39,834 nt of DNA, from the IMG/VR virus record IMGVR_UViG_2713896832_000004. One strand, given 5' to 3'. Positions within the stretch are counted from its first letter, which is position 1; each line of letters begins with the position of its first letter. This DNA comes from a virus. Taxonomy: Duplodnaviria > Heunggongvirae > Uroviricota > Caudoviricetes. Made by a program: the position numbers and the translations under genes. Below are positions 1-10,601 of the stretch, one piece after another. The notes under the pieces were generated by a model. The model was not told the origin of the DNA and searched no databases. It saw only the letters and a list, made by a program, of their open reading frames with translations.

Positions 1-141
1 ACGCAGCGAATTGAGCGGCATAACCTGAATCTGAGGCAGCACCTGGCACGACTGGGACGGAAGTCGCTGTCGTTCTCAAAATCGGTGGAGCTGCATGACA
101 AAGTCATCGGGCATTATCTGAACATAAAACACTATCAATAA
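1..141 (+). CDS. insB: IS1 transposase InsB, C-terminal fragment (5' end outside window)
   Basis: Open frame from the window edge to TAA at 139..141; the translation matches the remembered InsB C-terminus. Confidence 0.75.
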
Positions 142-156
142 GTTGGAGTCATTACC
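1..156 (+). mobile_element. IS1 right-end fragment (3' part of insB plus terminal inverted repeat); the element continues left of the window
   Basis: Frame-1 translation of 1..141 reads [46 protein letters not shown]-stop, which matches the C-terminus of IS1 InsB as I remember it. The sequence then ends ...ctatcaataagttggagtcattacc at 156, the reverse complement of the IS1 terminal repeat GGTAATGACTCCAACTTATTGATAG. Confidence 0.8.
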
Positions 157-259
157 GAAGACGCAAAAAAAATAATATAATAACAAAAATCCTCCAGCCT
201 TGTAGGCCAGAGGATAAAATACTTAATTGAGGAAAATATCAGGGAAAAGTATTTCTGAT

Positions 260-1444
260 TTAACTTTCCCGGCTGGAGAGTGAATCAATGTAATCAGCGT
301 ACCATTGCATCATTTCACGGCGGCCATCGAGATACAGGGCATGATTATAGGTACCCCTGATGGAATTTTTATCCACATGAGCTAACTGCATTTCAATCCA
401 GGCGGAATTAAAGCCTTGTTCATGCAGAATTGTACTCATGGTGTGTCTGAAACCGTGCCCTGTGAGTCTTCCCTTATATCCAAGTAATTCAATTACTTGG
501 TTAATGCTTTCCTTACTAATTGGTTTGCGGGGATCATTTCTACCGATAAAGACTAGGGGATGATGTTTTGAGATTGGTTCAAGCTGCTTAAATAGCATAA
601 TGACCTGCTCAGAGAGCGGCACAATATGAGGTCGCTTCATCTTCATTACTTCTGCCGGGATCTCCCACAATTTTGTCTCAAAATCGATATCTTCCCAGCG
701 TGCAAAACGCAGTTCTTGTGTTCGTACGCCGGTTAACATAATGATCTGAGTAGCTGTCTTAGTGATTATACTTCCGGTATAACCCGCCAGATCGTTGAGG
801 AAGTGGGGAAGTTCATTAGCAGTAAGAAAGGGAAAATGTACTTTTTTCGGTGTAGCTAAAGCACTGGCAAGATCGGGGGCTGGGTTATAGTCTGCCCGGC
901 CAGTAACAATTGCATAGCGGAACACCTCACCACAGCGCTGGCGGACCTTGCGCATTTTCTCCAGAGCTCCACGTTTTTCCATTTTACGCAGTGCTTCCAG
1001 TAACTCCATTGGTTTGATTTCGGCAATAGGGCGCTTGCCAATGTAGGGAAAAATGTCTTTTTCAAAGGTATCAATGATTTCATCACGATAGCGTAATGAC
1101 CACCGATCAGCTTTTGACTGGTGCCATTCGCGAGCAATAGCCTCGAACGTATTTTTCAGACTCATTTGCTGCGCGATTTTTTCTTCCTTTTTTGCCTCCC
1201 CTGGATCGCCTCCAGCAGCGAGGAGTTTCCTGGCTTCACTGCGTTTCTCGCGAGCATCGGCTAACGTTACATCGGGGTATACGCCAATAGAAAGCATCTT
1301 TTCTTTACCAGCAAAGCGGTACTTCATGCGCCAGTATTTAGAACCATTAGTGTTAATCAGTAGATACATACCGCCGCCATCAGCAAGCTTATAGGGTTTG
1401 TCTTTGGGTTTTGCGGTTTTCACTTTGATATCGGTTAATGCCAT
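260..1444 (-). CDS. Tyrosine recombinase, P4-family integrase of a selC-associated genomic island
   Basis: 394-aa ORF with ATG at 1444..1442 and stop at 262..260. The C-terminal half carries the tyrosine-recombinase signature (…GHGFRHTMST…, …HVDKNSIRGTYNH…). It sits about 300 bp from the 3' end of tRNA-Sec, the typical layout for tRNA-integrating islands. Confidence 0.85.
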   Translation of the reverse strand: MALTDIKVKTAKPKDKPYKLADGGGMYLLINTNGSKYWRMKYRFAGKEKMLSIGVYPDVTLADAREKRSEARKLLAAGGDPGEAKKEEKIAQQMSLKNTFEAIAREWHQSKADRWSLRYRDEIIDTFEKDIFPYIGKRPIAEIKPMELLEALRKMEKRGALEKMRKVRQRCGEVFRYAIVTGRADYNPAPDLASALATPKKVHFPFLTANELPHFLNDLAGYTGSIITKTATQIIMLTGVRTQELRFARWEDIDFETKLWEIPAEVMKMKRPHIVPLSEQVIMLFKQLEPISKHHPLVFIGRNDPRKPISKESINQVIELLGYKGRLTGHGFRHTMSTILHEQGFNSAWIEMQLAHVDKNSIRGTYNHALYLDGRREMMQWYADYIDSLSSRES

Positions 1445-1743
1445 GACATCCTCCGGCTTTTGATGAATTCATCTTCCTGAGGGGGATTTCTGCCAGTAAC
1501 TAACCTGATACCCCCAATACACCCCTTGTATAACAAAGATATTGTTAAAAGCCGTTGTTATGTATCATATTTTTCCTATTATGGGGGTGCTTGTATTTCA
1601 ATAGGAAATAACACCCCCTAAAGTACCCCCAAAAGAAACTTGATATGGGGTGAAGTAGGTTGACCTCAGGATACAAATAAATACTGATATACAAGGGATT
1701 AGAAGAGATTTATTGACATTGGGAGAGTTCAGAAGAGGTAAAC

Positions 1744-1838
1744 TGGCGGAAGATCACAGGAGTCGAACCTGCCCGGGACCGCTGGCGGCCCCAACTGGAT
1801 TTGAAGTCCAGCCGCCTCACCGGAGACGACGATCTTCC
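1744..1838 (-). tRNA. selC: tRNA-Sec (selenocysteine, anticodon UCA)
   Basis: The reverse complement of 1744..1838 is GGAAGATCGTCGTCTCCGGTGAGGCGGCTGGACTTCAAATCCAGTTGGGGCCGCCAGCGGTCCCGGGCAGGTTCGACTCCTGTGATCTTCCGCCA, which is the 95-nt E. coli selC sequence as I remember it, including the encoded CCA. Confidence 0.95.
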
Positions 1839-2130
1839 GCGCCTCGATTGCTACATGGAGGCGGGGCGCATTATAGCTACTTCCTTGAGTTTCTACATCC
1901 CCCAGATCAGTTTTTTCCGCCTAATACACGCAGCGTATTATCACGAAAGCATTATAGTTCATATAAAACCCATATTTTACAATGATATATGAGCGGAATT
2001 AACGCTACCACGATCACATAAAACAAGAATCATAAATTAATAACCAGATATCGGAATATTCGCTCTCACAGGGATGGTTTACAAAATGCGTTATCGGTCT
2101 CAGCACCCCTATAGCATCAAGGAAAAGCAG

Positions 2131-3513
2131 ATGAAGAGTGAAGTGTTGTCCGTTAAAGAGAAAATTGGTTATGGCATGGGAGACGCCGCCAGCCACATTA
2201 TTTTCGATAACGTAATGTTATATATGATGTTCTTTTATACCGATATTTTTGGCATTCCTGCCGGTTTTGTCGGAACCATGTTTTTGGTCGCTCGTGCACT
2301 GGATGCGATTTCCGATCCTTGCATGGGGTTGTTGGCCGATCGAACGCGCTCTCGCTGGGGTAAATTTCGTCCGTGGGTACTGTTTGGCGCACTGCCATTC
2401 GGGATCGTCTGTGTACTGGCCTATAGCACGCCAGATCTCAGTATGAACGGCAAAATGATCTATGCAGCAATTACTTACACCCTACTTACCTTACTTTATA
2501 CCGTCGTCAATATCCCTTACTGCGCATTGGGTGGTGTAATCACCAATGACCCGACTCAGCGTATCTCGCTGCAATCCTGGCGTTTTGTGCTGGCGACCGC
2601 GGGAGGCATGCTTTCTACTGTTCTGATGATGCCACTGGTTAATTTAATTGGCGGTGATAATAAACCACTCGGTTTCCAGGGCGGTATCGCGGTCCTTTCC
2701 GTGGTGGCATTCATGATGCTGGCATTTTGTTTCTTCACCACTAAAGAACGCGTTGAAGCACCACCTACAACAACGTCTATGCGGGAAGATTTACGTGATA
2801 TCTGGCAAAACGACCAGTGGCGGATTGTCGGTTTACTAACCATTTTCAATATCCTGGCGGTGTGCGTACGCGGTGGGGCGATGATGTATTACGTCACATG
2901 GATTTTGGGCACGCCGGAAGTGTTTGTCGCTTTTCTCACCACTTATTGCGTGGGTAACCTGATTGGTTCCGCACTGGCAAAACCTCTGACCGACTGGAAA
3001 TGTAAAGTCACTATCTTCTGGTGGACGAACGCCCTGCTGGCAGTGATTAGCCTCGCGATGTTCTTTGTTCCCATGCAGGCCAGCATCACTATGTTTGTCT
3101 TCATCTTCGTGATTGGTGTGTTGCATCAACTGGTGACACCTATCCAGTGGGTAATGATGTCCGATACCGTCGACTACGGCGAGTGGTGCAATGGTAAACG
3201 CCTGACCGGGATCAGTTTTGCTGGCACGCTGTTTGTGCTCAAACTGGGGTTGGCCTTCGGCGGCGCTCTTATCGGCTGGATGCTGGCTTATGGCGGATAT
3301 GATGCGGCAGAAAAAGCGCAGAACAGCGCCACGATTAGCATCATTATTGCGCTATTCACGATTGTTCCGGCGATCTGTTATTTGCTGAGCGCGATTATCG
3401 CTAAACGCTACTACTCACTCACGACGCACAATCTGAAAACCGTTATGGAACAGCTGGCTCAGGGTAAACGCCGTTGCCAGCAACAATTCACCTCTCAAGA
3501 AGTGCAGAACTAA
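2131..3513 (+). CDS. yicJ: Putative sugar:cation symporter (GPH family) YicJ
   Basis: Track ORF 2074..3513. I prefer the internal ATG at 2131 (MKSEVLSVKEKIGYGMGD…) because AAGGAA lies 8 nt upstream and it gives the 460-aa length I recall for YicJ. Multi-TM permease-like sequence. Confidence 0.85.
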   Translation: MKSEVLSVKEKIGYGMGDAASHIIFDNVMLYMMFFYTDIFGIPAGFVGTMFLVARALDAISDPCMGLLADRTRSRWGKFRPWVLFGALPFGIVCVLAYSTPDLSMNGKMIYAAITYTLLTLLYTVVNIPYCALGGVITNDPTQRISLQSWRFVLATAGGMLSTVLMMPLVNLIGGDNKPLGFQGGIAVLSVVAFMMLAFCFFTTKERVEAPPTTTSMREDLRDIWQNDQWRIVGLLTIFNILAVCVRGGAMMYYVTWILGTPEVFVAFLTTYCVGNLIGSALAKPLTDWKCKVTIFWWTNALLAVISLAMFFVPMQASITMFVFIFVIGVLHQLVTPIQWVMMSDTVDYGEWCNGKRLTGISFAGTLFVLKLGLAFGGALIGWMLAYGGYDAAEKAQNSATISIIIALFTIVPAICYLLSAIIAKRYYSLTTHNLKTVMEQLAQGKRRCQQQFTSQEVQN

Positions 3514-3522
3514 GGAACGGCA

Positions 3523-5841
3523 ATGAAAATTAGCGATGGAAACTGGTTGATTCAACCTGGCCTCAATTTGATTCACCCGCTTCAGGTATTCGAGGTTGAA
3601 CAGCAGGGTAATGAAATGGTGGTCTATGCTGCCCCCCGTGATGTGCGTGAACGTACCTGGCAGCTTGATACGCCTTTATTTACGCTGCGCTTTTTCTCCC
3701 CACAGGAAGGTATTGTCGGTGTGCGGATTGAGCATTTTCAGGGGGCGCTGAATAACGGTCCTCATTATCCGCTCAATATTTTGCAGGACGTGAAGGTCAC
3801 AATCGAAAACACAGAACGTTATGCTGAGTTTAAAAGTGGCAACTTAAGCGCGCGTGTCAGCAAAGGTGAGTTCTGGTCACTGGATTTTCTGCGCAACGGC
3901 GAACGTATTACCGGTAGTCAGGTGAAAAATAATGGCTACGTGCAGGACACGAATAATCAACGCAATTATATGTTTGAGCGGCTTGATCTTGGCGTTGGCG
4001 AAACAGTTTACGGTCTGGGAGAGCGCTTTACTGCCCTGGTGCGCAATGGCCAGACGGTAGAGACCTGGAACCGGGACGGCGGCACAAGTACTGAACAGGC
4101 GTATAAAAATATCCCGTTCTACATGACTAACCGTGGTTATGGGGTACTGGTCAATCATCCCCAGTGTGTCTCTTTTGAAGTGGGATCGGAGAAAGTCTCC
4201 AAAGTGCAGTTCAGCGTTGAGAGTGAATATCTCGAATACTTTGTTATCGACGGCCCGACGTCGAAAGCGGTACTTGATCGTTATACCCGCTTTACTGGTC
4301 GTCCGGCGCTGCCGCCCGCGTGGTCCTTCGGCCTGTGGCTAACCACTTCATTTACCACCAACTACGACGAAGCGACGGTAAACAGCTTTATCGATGGTAT
4401 GGCGGAACGCAATCTGCCGCTGCATGTTTTCCACTTTGACTGTTTCTGGATGAAAGCCTTCCAGTGGTGCGATTTTGAGTGGGACCCGCTGACTTTCCCT
4501 GACCCGGAAGGGATGATCCGCCGCCTGAAAGCGAAAGGGCTGAAAATCTGCGTCTGGATTAACCCCTATATCGGTCAAAAATCCCCCGTCTTTAAAGAGT
4601 TACAAGAGAAAGGCTATTTACTCAAACGCCCGGACGGTTCGCTATGGCAGTGGGATAAATGGCAGCCAGGTCTGGCGATTTATGACTTTACCAATCCGGA
4701 TGCTTGCAAATGGTACGCCGACAAACTGAAAGGTCTGGTCGCGATGGGCGTTGATTGCTTTAAGACCGACTTTGGCGAACGTATCCCAACTGATGTTCAG
4801 TGGTTTGACGGTTCCGATCCGCAGAAAATGCATAACCATTATGCGTACATCTACAACGAACTGGTGTGGAACGTGCTCAAGGACACCGTTGGTGAGGAAG
4901 AAGCTGTCTTGTTTGCCCGCTCGGCCTCCGTCGGTGCGCAGAAATTCCCGGTACACTGGGGTGGCGATTGTTACGCTAACTACGAATCAATGGCGGAAAG
5001 CCTGCGCGGTGGTTTGTCTATTGGCCTTTCAGGTTTTGGCTTCTGGAGCCACGATATCGGCGGCTTTGAAAATACCGCTCCGGCACACGTTTACAAACGC
5101 TGGTGCGCGTTTGGTTTGCTCTCCAGCCATAGCCGTTTACATGGCAGTAAATCTTATCGTGTGCCGTGGGCCTATGATGATGAGTCCTGTGATGTGGTGC
5201 GCTTCTTCACGCAACTGAAATGCCGCATGATGCCGTATCTGTATCGTGAAGCTGCGCGTGCAAACGCGCGGGGTACGCCGATGATGCGGGCCATGATGAT
5301 GGAGTTCCCGGACGATCCGGCTTGTGATTACCTTGACCGTCAATACATGTTAGGCGACAACGTGATGGTTGCTCCGGTGTTCACTGAAGCGGGCGATGTG
5401 CAGTTCTACCTGCCAGAAGGTCGCTGGACACACCTGTGGCACAACGATGAGCTCGACGGTAGTCGCTGGCATAAACAGCAGCACAGCTTCCTGAGTCTGC
5501 CCATTTATGTGCGTGATAACACCCTACTGGCGCTGGGCAACAACGATCAACGTCCCGATTACGCGTGGCACGAAGGCACGGCATTCCACCTCTTTAATCT
5601 GCAAGACGGGCATGAAGCCGTCTGTGAAGTGCCCGCTGCTGACGGTTCGGTGATCTTTACTCTAAAAGCAGCACGTACTGGCAACACGATTACTGTGACT
5701 GGTGCGGGCGAGGCGAAGAACTGGACACTGTGCCTGCGCAATGTTGTGAAAGTAAATGGTCTGCAAGGCGGTTCGCAGGCTGAAAGTGAGCAGGGGCTGG
5801 TGGTGACGCCTCAAGGGAATGCGCTGACAATTACGTTGTAA
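3523..5841 (+). CDS. yicI: Alpha-xylosidase, glycoside hydrolase family 31
   Basis: 772-aa ORF starting 9 nt after yicJ (operon arrangement). GH31-like motifs are visible (…WINPYI…, …KTDFGE…, …HWGGDC…). Confidence 0.9.
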   Translation: MKISDGNWLIQPGLNLIHPLQVFEVEQQGNEMVVYAAPRDVRERTWQLDTPLFTLRFFSPQEGIVGVRIEHFQGALNNGPHYPLNILQDVKVTIENTERYAEFKSGNLSARVSKGEFWSLDFLRNGERITGSQVKNNGYVQDTNNQRNYMFERLDLGVGETVYGLGERFTALVRNGQTVETWNRDGGTSTEQAYKNIPFYMTNRGYGVLVNHPQCVSFEVGSEKVSKVQFSVESEYLEYFVIDGPTSKAVLDRYTRFTGRPALPPAWSFGLWLTTSFTTNYDEATVNSFIDGMAERNLPLHVFHFDCFWMKAFQWCDFEWDPLTFPDPEGMIRRLKAKGLKICVWINPYIGQKSPVFKELQEKGYLLKRPDGSLWQWDKWQPGLAIYDFTNPDACKWYADKLKGLVAMGVDCFKTDFGERIPTDVQWFDGSDPQKMHNHYAYIYNELVWNVLKDTVGEEEAVLFARSASVGAQKFPVHWGGDCYANYESMAESLRGGLSIGLSGFGFWSHDIGGFENTAPAHVYKRWCAFGLLSSHSRLHGSKSYRVPWAYDDESCDVVRFFTQLKCRMMPYLYREAARANARGTPMMRAMMMEFPDDPACDYLDRQYMLGDNVMVAPVFTEAGDVQFYLPEGRWTHLWHNDELDGSRWHKQQHSFLSLPIYVRDNTLLALGNNDQRPDYAWHEGTAFHLFNLQDGHEAVCEVPAADGSVIFTLKAARTGNTITVTGAGEAKNWTLCLRNVVKVNGLQGGSQAESEQGLVVTPQGNALTITL

Positions 5842-5854
5842 TCTATTGAAGAAT

Positions 5855-5881
5855 GCCGGGTACGTCTGAGTCGTACCCGGC
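5855..5881. terminator. Bidirectional hairpin between convergent yicI and yicH
   Basis: Perfect inverted repeat GCCGGGTACG-tctgagt-CGTACCCGGC between the stop codons of two convergent genes. Confidence 0.5.
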
Positions 5882-5892
5882 GAGATTGATGT

Positions 5893-7602
5893 TTACTGCA
5901 CCGGCTCTGTCGATGTAACTTCGCTACTGGAAACGACGCCCGCATTCATGGTTTGAGTCACTTGCTGCTTTTCAGCATTTACGGCGTGGAGTTGCCCGTT
6001 AACGGTAGGTTTCAGCGTGGCATTGGCCTGAATCGCACCGCTGGCAACCAGTTGAATATTGCCATCGCCAGTTATGGGTAACTCAGGCCATCCCCACTGT
6101 TGCAGAATATTCACCGGAACACCGCGTCCGTTCAGACTGATATGGGTCTGACGTTGTGGCGTTTGGGATACGCTGGCGGTGGCTTCCAGAATGCCTTTTT
6201 CAGTAAATGCACTCAGTTCGCTGATATTCACCGTGCTGCTGTTGGCGGTCAGCGCCAGCGACGGGCGACGAACATCAACACGATTGAATGTCGCGGCGGC
6301 GGCATTCAGATTCGCCGAGCCACTCCAGACGCCCCATTTATGATCGGTAACCAGCGTCAGGTTGGCACCGTAACCATCGAGCGCGGTGAGCTGCCACGGG
6401 AAGTCAGGGTCGATATCAATGATCAGATTGCGGCTGGCGCTAAATCTCTTCAGTTGCAGGCTGTTTAACCAACCGGGTGTCGTTTCCATCCACAACTGTT
6501 GCCAGTTTTTCGGCAAGGTATATTCCAGCCCGGCAATTGCCGCATCATCAAGGATCAACGTTTTCCCGTCACGCAGCCAGTTCCCTGACGTTCTGACCAT
6601 ACCCCCTTCCCAGCGGCTGGTGAACTGGCGCAGCGCTACGCCCTGCGGGGAAAATTCCGCGTTTATAATCGGGTCAAATAAATGCAGCGAACCATAAATG
6701 AACTCGCTAGCGTTCATCGACAGTTTGCCTTCCTGTGTCTGCCAGTCATCTTTACTGAAGGTCATGTTGCGCAAGCTGAGATCGAGGTCGGTCACCGCCC
6801 AGTCCGGACCTTGCAAACGAGCATCGATCACTTCCAGGCGACCAATCTGCAACGACGGGACAGAGCGTAATGGCGCAAAGAAGTCGGTTAGCGATTTTTC
6901 GCTTTGTAGACGTATATCCGCCATGCGCAGGTTTTCCACTTGCCAGCTGCCGTCGGCGTTACGCTGCGCGTTTCCGGTTAATGTCCCGCGGGCGATGTCG
7001 GCACCCAGGTTAGTCAGCGTAACGCGATCATTATCAATACTGCCTTCAATCAGTACATTGGTGGCAGGAACATCATTGAGCGAAAGCGATCCGGCACTAA
7101 ACTGAATCTGCGCCTTCGTACCCAGCACTTTACCGGCTTCTGGTGACCACGGAACCACGCCGCCATTTACCCGCTGCGCGCTCAGTTTCCATTCGCTATT
7201 CGGGCTATTAAACGCCATATCACGCAGTTGCAGACGATCGGCTTTGAACGGTAGCGGCGCGGTCTGGTCGGTGAGATTCAGCGTCCCGTTTTCCAGCAGG
7301 ATGGTATCGACATGGCGTGGTTCGGTCAGTTGCCGACTGCTTAGCGCAATGTCGACACTTTTTGCCACCAGGGTCGCGGGCTGACCATCACGACCAAACG
7401 TGACGTTCTCCAGCACGATATGAGATGGCGCGGAAAAACGGTGATCCATCGCCCCGAAGGCCAGATGATAGTCGCTATTCTCGGAAACCCATGCGCTGAT
7501 ATGTTCTGCTCCCCAGCGGGTTTGCAGAAGAAAATAGAGGCCAGCGATCACCACTAACAGAGCGATGAGAATGTAGAGAAGCAGCTTCCCAATAAATTTC
7601 AT
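5893..7602 (-). CDS. yicH: AsmA-family outer-membrane assembly protein YicH
   Basis: Track ORF 5893..7626. I take the start at 7602 (MKFIGKLLLYILIALLV…, N-terminal membrane anchor), giving about 569 aa. Confidence 0.85.
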   Translation of the reverse strand: MKFIGKLLLYILIALLVVIAGLYFLLQTRWGAEHISAWVSENSDYHLAFGAMDHRFSAPSHIVLENVTFGRDGQPATLVAKSVDIALSSRQLTEPRHVDTILLENGTLNLTDQTAPLPFKADRLQLRDMAFNSPNSEWKLSAQRVNGGVVPWSPEAGKVLGTKAQIQFSAGSLSLNDVPATNVLIEGSIDNDRVTLTNLGADIARGTLTGNAQRNADGSWQVENLRMADIRLQSEKSLTDFFAPLRSVPSLQIGRLEVIDARLQGPDWAVTDLDLSLRNMTFSKDDWQTQEGKLSMNASEFIYGSLHLFDPIINAEFSPQGVALRQFTSRWEGGMVRTSGNWLRDGKTLILDDAAIAGLEYTLPKNWQQLWMETTPGWLNSLQLKRFSASRNLIIDIDPDFPWQLTALDGYGANLTLVTDHKWGVWSGSANLNAAAATFNRVDVRRPSLALTANSSTVNISELSAFTEKGILEATASVSQTPQRQTHISLNGRGVPVNILQQWGWPELPITGDGNIQLVASGAIQANATLKPTVNGQLHAVNAEKQQVTQTMNAGVVSSSEVTSTEPVQ

Positions 7603-7690
7603 GGTCTTCCATCCCGTGAAATGCACATAAGGGAGTTATGCACGATTTACGCGCAATCCTCAAGGCGGGAATGGTGAAAGAGGTGAGACT

Positions 7691-7715
7691 GCGGCGGTAA
7701 TTATCTTACCGCCGC
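7691..7715. terminator. GC-rich hairpin just downstream of xanP, no T-tract (possible rho-dependent or REP-like element)
   Basis: Inverted repeat GCGGCGGTAA-ttatc-TTACCGCCGC, 8 nt beyond the xanP stop. Confidence 0.35.
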
Positions 7716-7722
7716 CAGTGAA

Positions 7723-9114
7723 TTACTGTTTTTCTGGTGGGAAAATCAGATTCAGCACGATGGCAGTAATACCGCCCGCGGCGATCCCGGAGGAGAGCAG
7801 GTTTTTCAGCCATTCAGGGGCAAACTGCAAAATCAGCGGCTGCTGAGACACGCCCAGACCAACCGCCAGCGACAGCGCGATAATCAGAATCGCCCGACGG
7901 TTCAGCGGCTCACGAGAAACGATACGCACACCGGAGGCGGCGATGGTGCCAAACATTACAAGCGTTGCGCCGCCCAGAACCGGTTCTGGAATGTGTTGTA
8001 CAAAACCGCTCACTGCCGGGAACAGACCCAGCACGATCAACATCAGCGCGACGACAAAACCGACATAGCGGCTGGCAACACCAGTCAACTGGATCACTCC
8101 GTTGTTTTGCCCGAAGCAGGAGTTCGGGAAGGTGTTAAACACCGCCGAAACAAACGAGTTCAGGCCGTTTGCCAGCACGCCGCCTTTCAGGCGTTTCATG
8201 TACAGCGGACCGGACACTGGCTGTTCGGAAACGTCAGAGGTCGCCGTGATATCGCCAATGGTTTCCAGCGAAGTGATCATAAAGACCAGCATCAGCGGCA
8301 GCAGCAGACTCCATTCAATGCCAAGACCGTAATAGAGCGGCGTTGGCACCATAATCAGTTCTTGCGTCATCGGTTCGTTGCTTTCTGGCAACATGCCCAT
8401 AAACCACGCCAGCGCATATCCGGCCGCCATCGCAATCACCAGTGAGGCCACGCGTAAGTAAGGGTTACGTTGACGGTTAAGCAGGATAATTAAGGCTAAG
8501 ACCACGCCTGCCAGCAGCAGATTTTTCGGTGCGCCGAAGGTGTTATCGCTCATGGCTGCGTAACCGCCGCCAATGGACGTTAACCCAACCTGAATTAGCG
8601 ACAGGCCGATAATCATCACCACAACGCCAGAAACCAGCGGCGTAATAATGCGGCGCGCCAGATGCAGAACGCGGGAGAGCACCATCTCGGTGCAACTTGC
8701 CAGCATCAACGTGCCGAACAAAGCCGCCATCATGGTAGGAACATCAGCACCACCGGTTTTCAGCGCGGTACCGCCCATAATCAGCGGGGCAACAAAGTTG
8801 AAGCTGGTGCCCTGAATAGACAACAGCCCGGAGCCAACCGGACCCCAGGCCTTAATTTGAATAATCGATGCCACACCGGAGGCAAACAGCGACATACTAA
8901 TAATGTGTTGCGTGTCTTGTGCCGGTAAACCCAGCGCCTGGCAGATTAATAGCGCTGGCGTGATCACCGCAACGAACATCGCCAGCAGATGCTGACAGGC
9001 GGCAAACAGGGTTTGAGGAAGCGGCGGACGATCTTCAAGACGGTAAATCAGTTCGCTGTTTTGAGTCTGCGCAACCGGTTGCGCATTTTCTGACTCGAGG
9101 GTGGAAACAGACAT
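7723..9114 (-). CDS. xanP: Xanthine permease (NCS2 family)
   Basis: Track ORF 7723..9123. The start [12 protein letters not shown]… at 9114 gives 463 aa; multi-TM NCS2-like sequence matching XanP (YicE) as remembered. Confidence 0.9.
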   Translation of the reverse strand: MSVSTLESENAQPVAQTQNSELIYRLEDRPPLPQTLFAACQHLLAMFVAVITPALLICQALGLPAQDTQHIISMSLFASGVASIIQIKAWGPVGSGLLSIQGTSFNFVAPLIMGGTALKTGGADVPTMMAALFGTLMLASCTEMVLSRVLHLARRIITPLVSGVVVMIIGLSLIQVGLTSIGGGYAAMSDNTFGAPKNLLLAGVVLALIILLNRQRNPYLRVASLVIAMAAGYALAWFMGMLPESNEPMTQELIMVPTPLYYGLGIEWSLLLPLMLVFMITSLETIGDITATSDVSEQPVSGPLYMKRLKGGVLANGLNSFVSAVFNTFPNSCFGQNNGVIQLTGVASRYVGFVVALMLIVLGLFPAVSGFVQHIPEPVLGGATLVMFGTIAASGVRIVSREPLNRRAILIIALSLAVGLGVSQQPLILQFAPEWLKNLLSSGIAAGGITAIVLNLIFPPEKQ

Positions 9115-9393
9115 CGAAAACAATCCCGTGGTAGCAAAGCGGGCATTTTAGCTGACCGAAAGAGAAAAGCAAACGTTTGCCACATCCTCATCTAAATATT
9201 TAAATGAGATAAATGCACTTTTTTATATAACTTTTGGTATTTTTCTGCTTAAAATCCATGCCATTTGTTCATTAACAGCTGAGAATTTGACCCAGGAAAG
9301 CATAACTCGATACCCGTCATAGTTCATGAAGTTGCCACTGCGCGATGAAGTATGACGAGTATGAAAGAGTGATGCGGATACAAAGGAGTAACT

Positions 9394-10599
9394 ATGTTTC
9401 ATCTCGATACTTTAGCAACGCTTGTTGCCGCAACGCTGACGTTGCTGCTCGGGCGTAAGTTGGTCCATTCCGTCTCCTTTTTGAAGAAATACACCATACC
9501 GGAACCTGTTGCGGGTGGTTTGTTGGTGGCGCTGGCGCTACTAGTACTGAAAAAAAGCATGGGCTGGGAAGTCAACTTTGATATGTCCCTGCGCGATCCG
9601 TTAATGCTGGCTTTCTTCGCCACCATTGGCCTGAACGCCAACATTGCCAGTTTGCGTGCCGGTGGGCGTGTGGTTGGCATCTTCTTGATTGTGGTTGTTG
9701 GTCTGTTGGTGATGCAAAATGCCATTGGCATTGGTATGGCTAGCCTGTTAGGGCTTGATCCGCTGATGGGGCTGTTGGCCGGTTCTATTACGCTTTCCGG
9801 CGGTCACGGTACGGGCGCTGCGTGGAGTAAATTGTTCATTGAACGTTATGGCTTCACCAATGCGACGGAAGTGGCGATGGCCTGTGCAACGTTCGGTCTG
9901 GTGCTGGGCGGCTTGATTGGCGGTCCGGTGGCGCGCTATCTGGTGAAACACTCCACCACGCCGAACGGTATTCCGGATGACCAGGAAGTCCCGACGGCGT
10001 TTGAAAAGCCGGATGTGGGCCGCATGATCACCTCGCTGGTGCTGATTGAAACTATCGCGCTGATTGCTATCTGCCTGACGGTGGGGAAAATTGTTGCGCA
10101 ACTTTTGGCTGGCACTGCTTTTGAACTGCCGACCTTCGTCTGTGTCCTGTTTGTTGGCGTGATTCTGAGCAACGGTCTGTCAATGATGGGCTTTTACCGC
10201 GTCTTTGAGCGTGCGGTATCCGTGCTGGGTAACGTAAGCCTGTCGTTGTTCCTGGCGATGGCGCTGATGGGGCTGAAACTGTGGGAGCTGGCTTCGCTGG
10301 CGCTGCCGATGCTGGCGATTCTGGTGGTACAGACCATCTTCATGGCGTTGTATGCCATCTTCGTTACCTGGCGCATGATGGGCAAAAACTACGATGCGGC
10401 AGTGCTGGCTGCGGGTCACTGTGGTTTTGGCCTCGGTGCAACGCCAACGGCAATCGCCAACATGCAGGCGATCACTGAACGCTTTGGCCCGTCGCACATG
10501 GCGTTTTTGGTGGTGCCGATGGTCGGTGCGTTCTTTATCGATATCGTCAATGCGCTGGTGATTAAGCTGTATTTAATGTTGCCGATTTTTGCCGGTTAA
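9394..10599 (+). CDS. gltS: Sodium/glutamate symporter
   Basis: 401-aa polytopic membrane protein beginning MFHLDTLATLVAATLTLLLGRKLV…, divergent from xanP. Confidence 0.9.
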   Translation: MFHLDTLATLVAATLTLLLGRKLVHSVSFLKKYTIPEPVAGGLLVALALLVLKKSMGWEVNFDMSLRDPLMLAFFATIGLNANIASLRAGGRVVGIFLIVVVGLLVMQNAIGIGMASLLGLDPLMGLLAGSITLSGGHGTGAAWSKLFIERYGFTNATEVAMACATFGLVLGGLIGGPVARYLVKHSTTPNGIPDDQEVPTAFEKPDVGRMITSLVLIETIALIAICLTVGKIVAQLLAGTAFELPTFVCVLFVGVILSNGLSMMGFYRVFERAVSVLGNVSLSLFLAMALMGLKLWELASLALPMLAILVVQTIFMALYAIFVTWRMMGKNYDAAVLAAGHCGFGLGATPTAIANMQAITERFGPSHMAFLVVPMVGAFFIDIVNALVIKLYLMLPIFAG

Positions 10600-10601
10600 A
10601 A

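Noticed and set aside
856-1137. 93-aa ORF on the minus strand within the integrase gene
   Set aside because: Same strand but out of frame with the 394-aa integrase ORF and wholly contained in it; not independent.
1713-1992. Two ORFs (90 aa and 63 aa) overlapping the selC region
   Set aside because: They overlap the exact tRNA-Sec sequence on the opposite strand and run into an AT-rich spacer; artefacts of six-frame translation.
2074-2130. Upstream extension of yicJ (MVYKMRYRSQHPYSIKEKQ)
   Set aside because: The internal ATG at 2131 has a better Shine-Dalgarno sequence and gives the expected protein length; the extension is probably 5' UTR.
4751-5218. 155-aa ORF inside yicI in another frame, and similar internal ORFs in yicH, xanP, gltS, recG, spoT, coaBC, waaA
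   Set aside because: All are nested within or antisense to long, well-supported genes and have the Arg/Ala/Pro-rich composition typical of out-of-frame GC-rich coding DNA.
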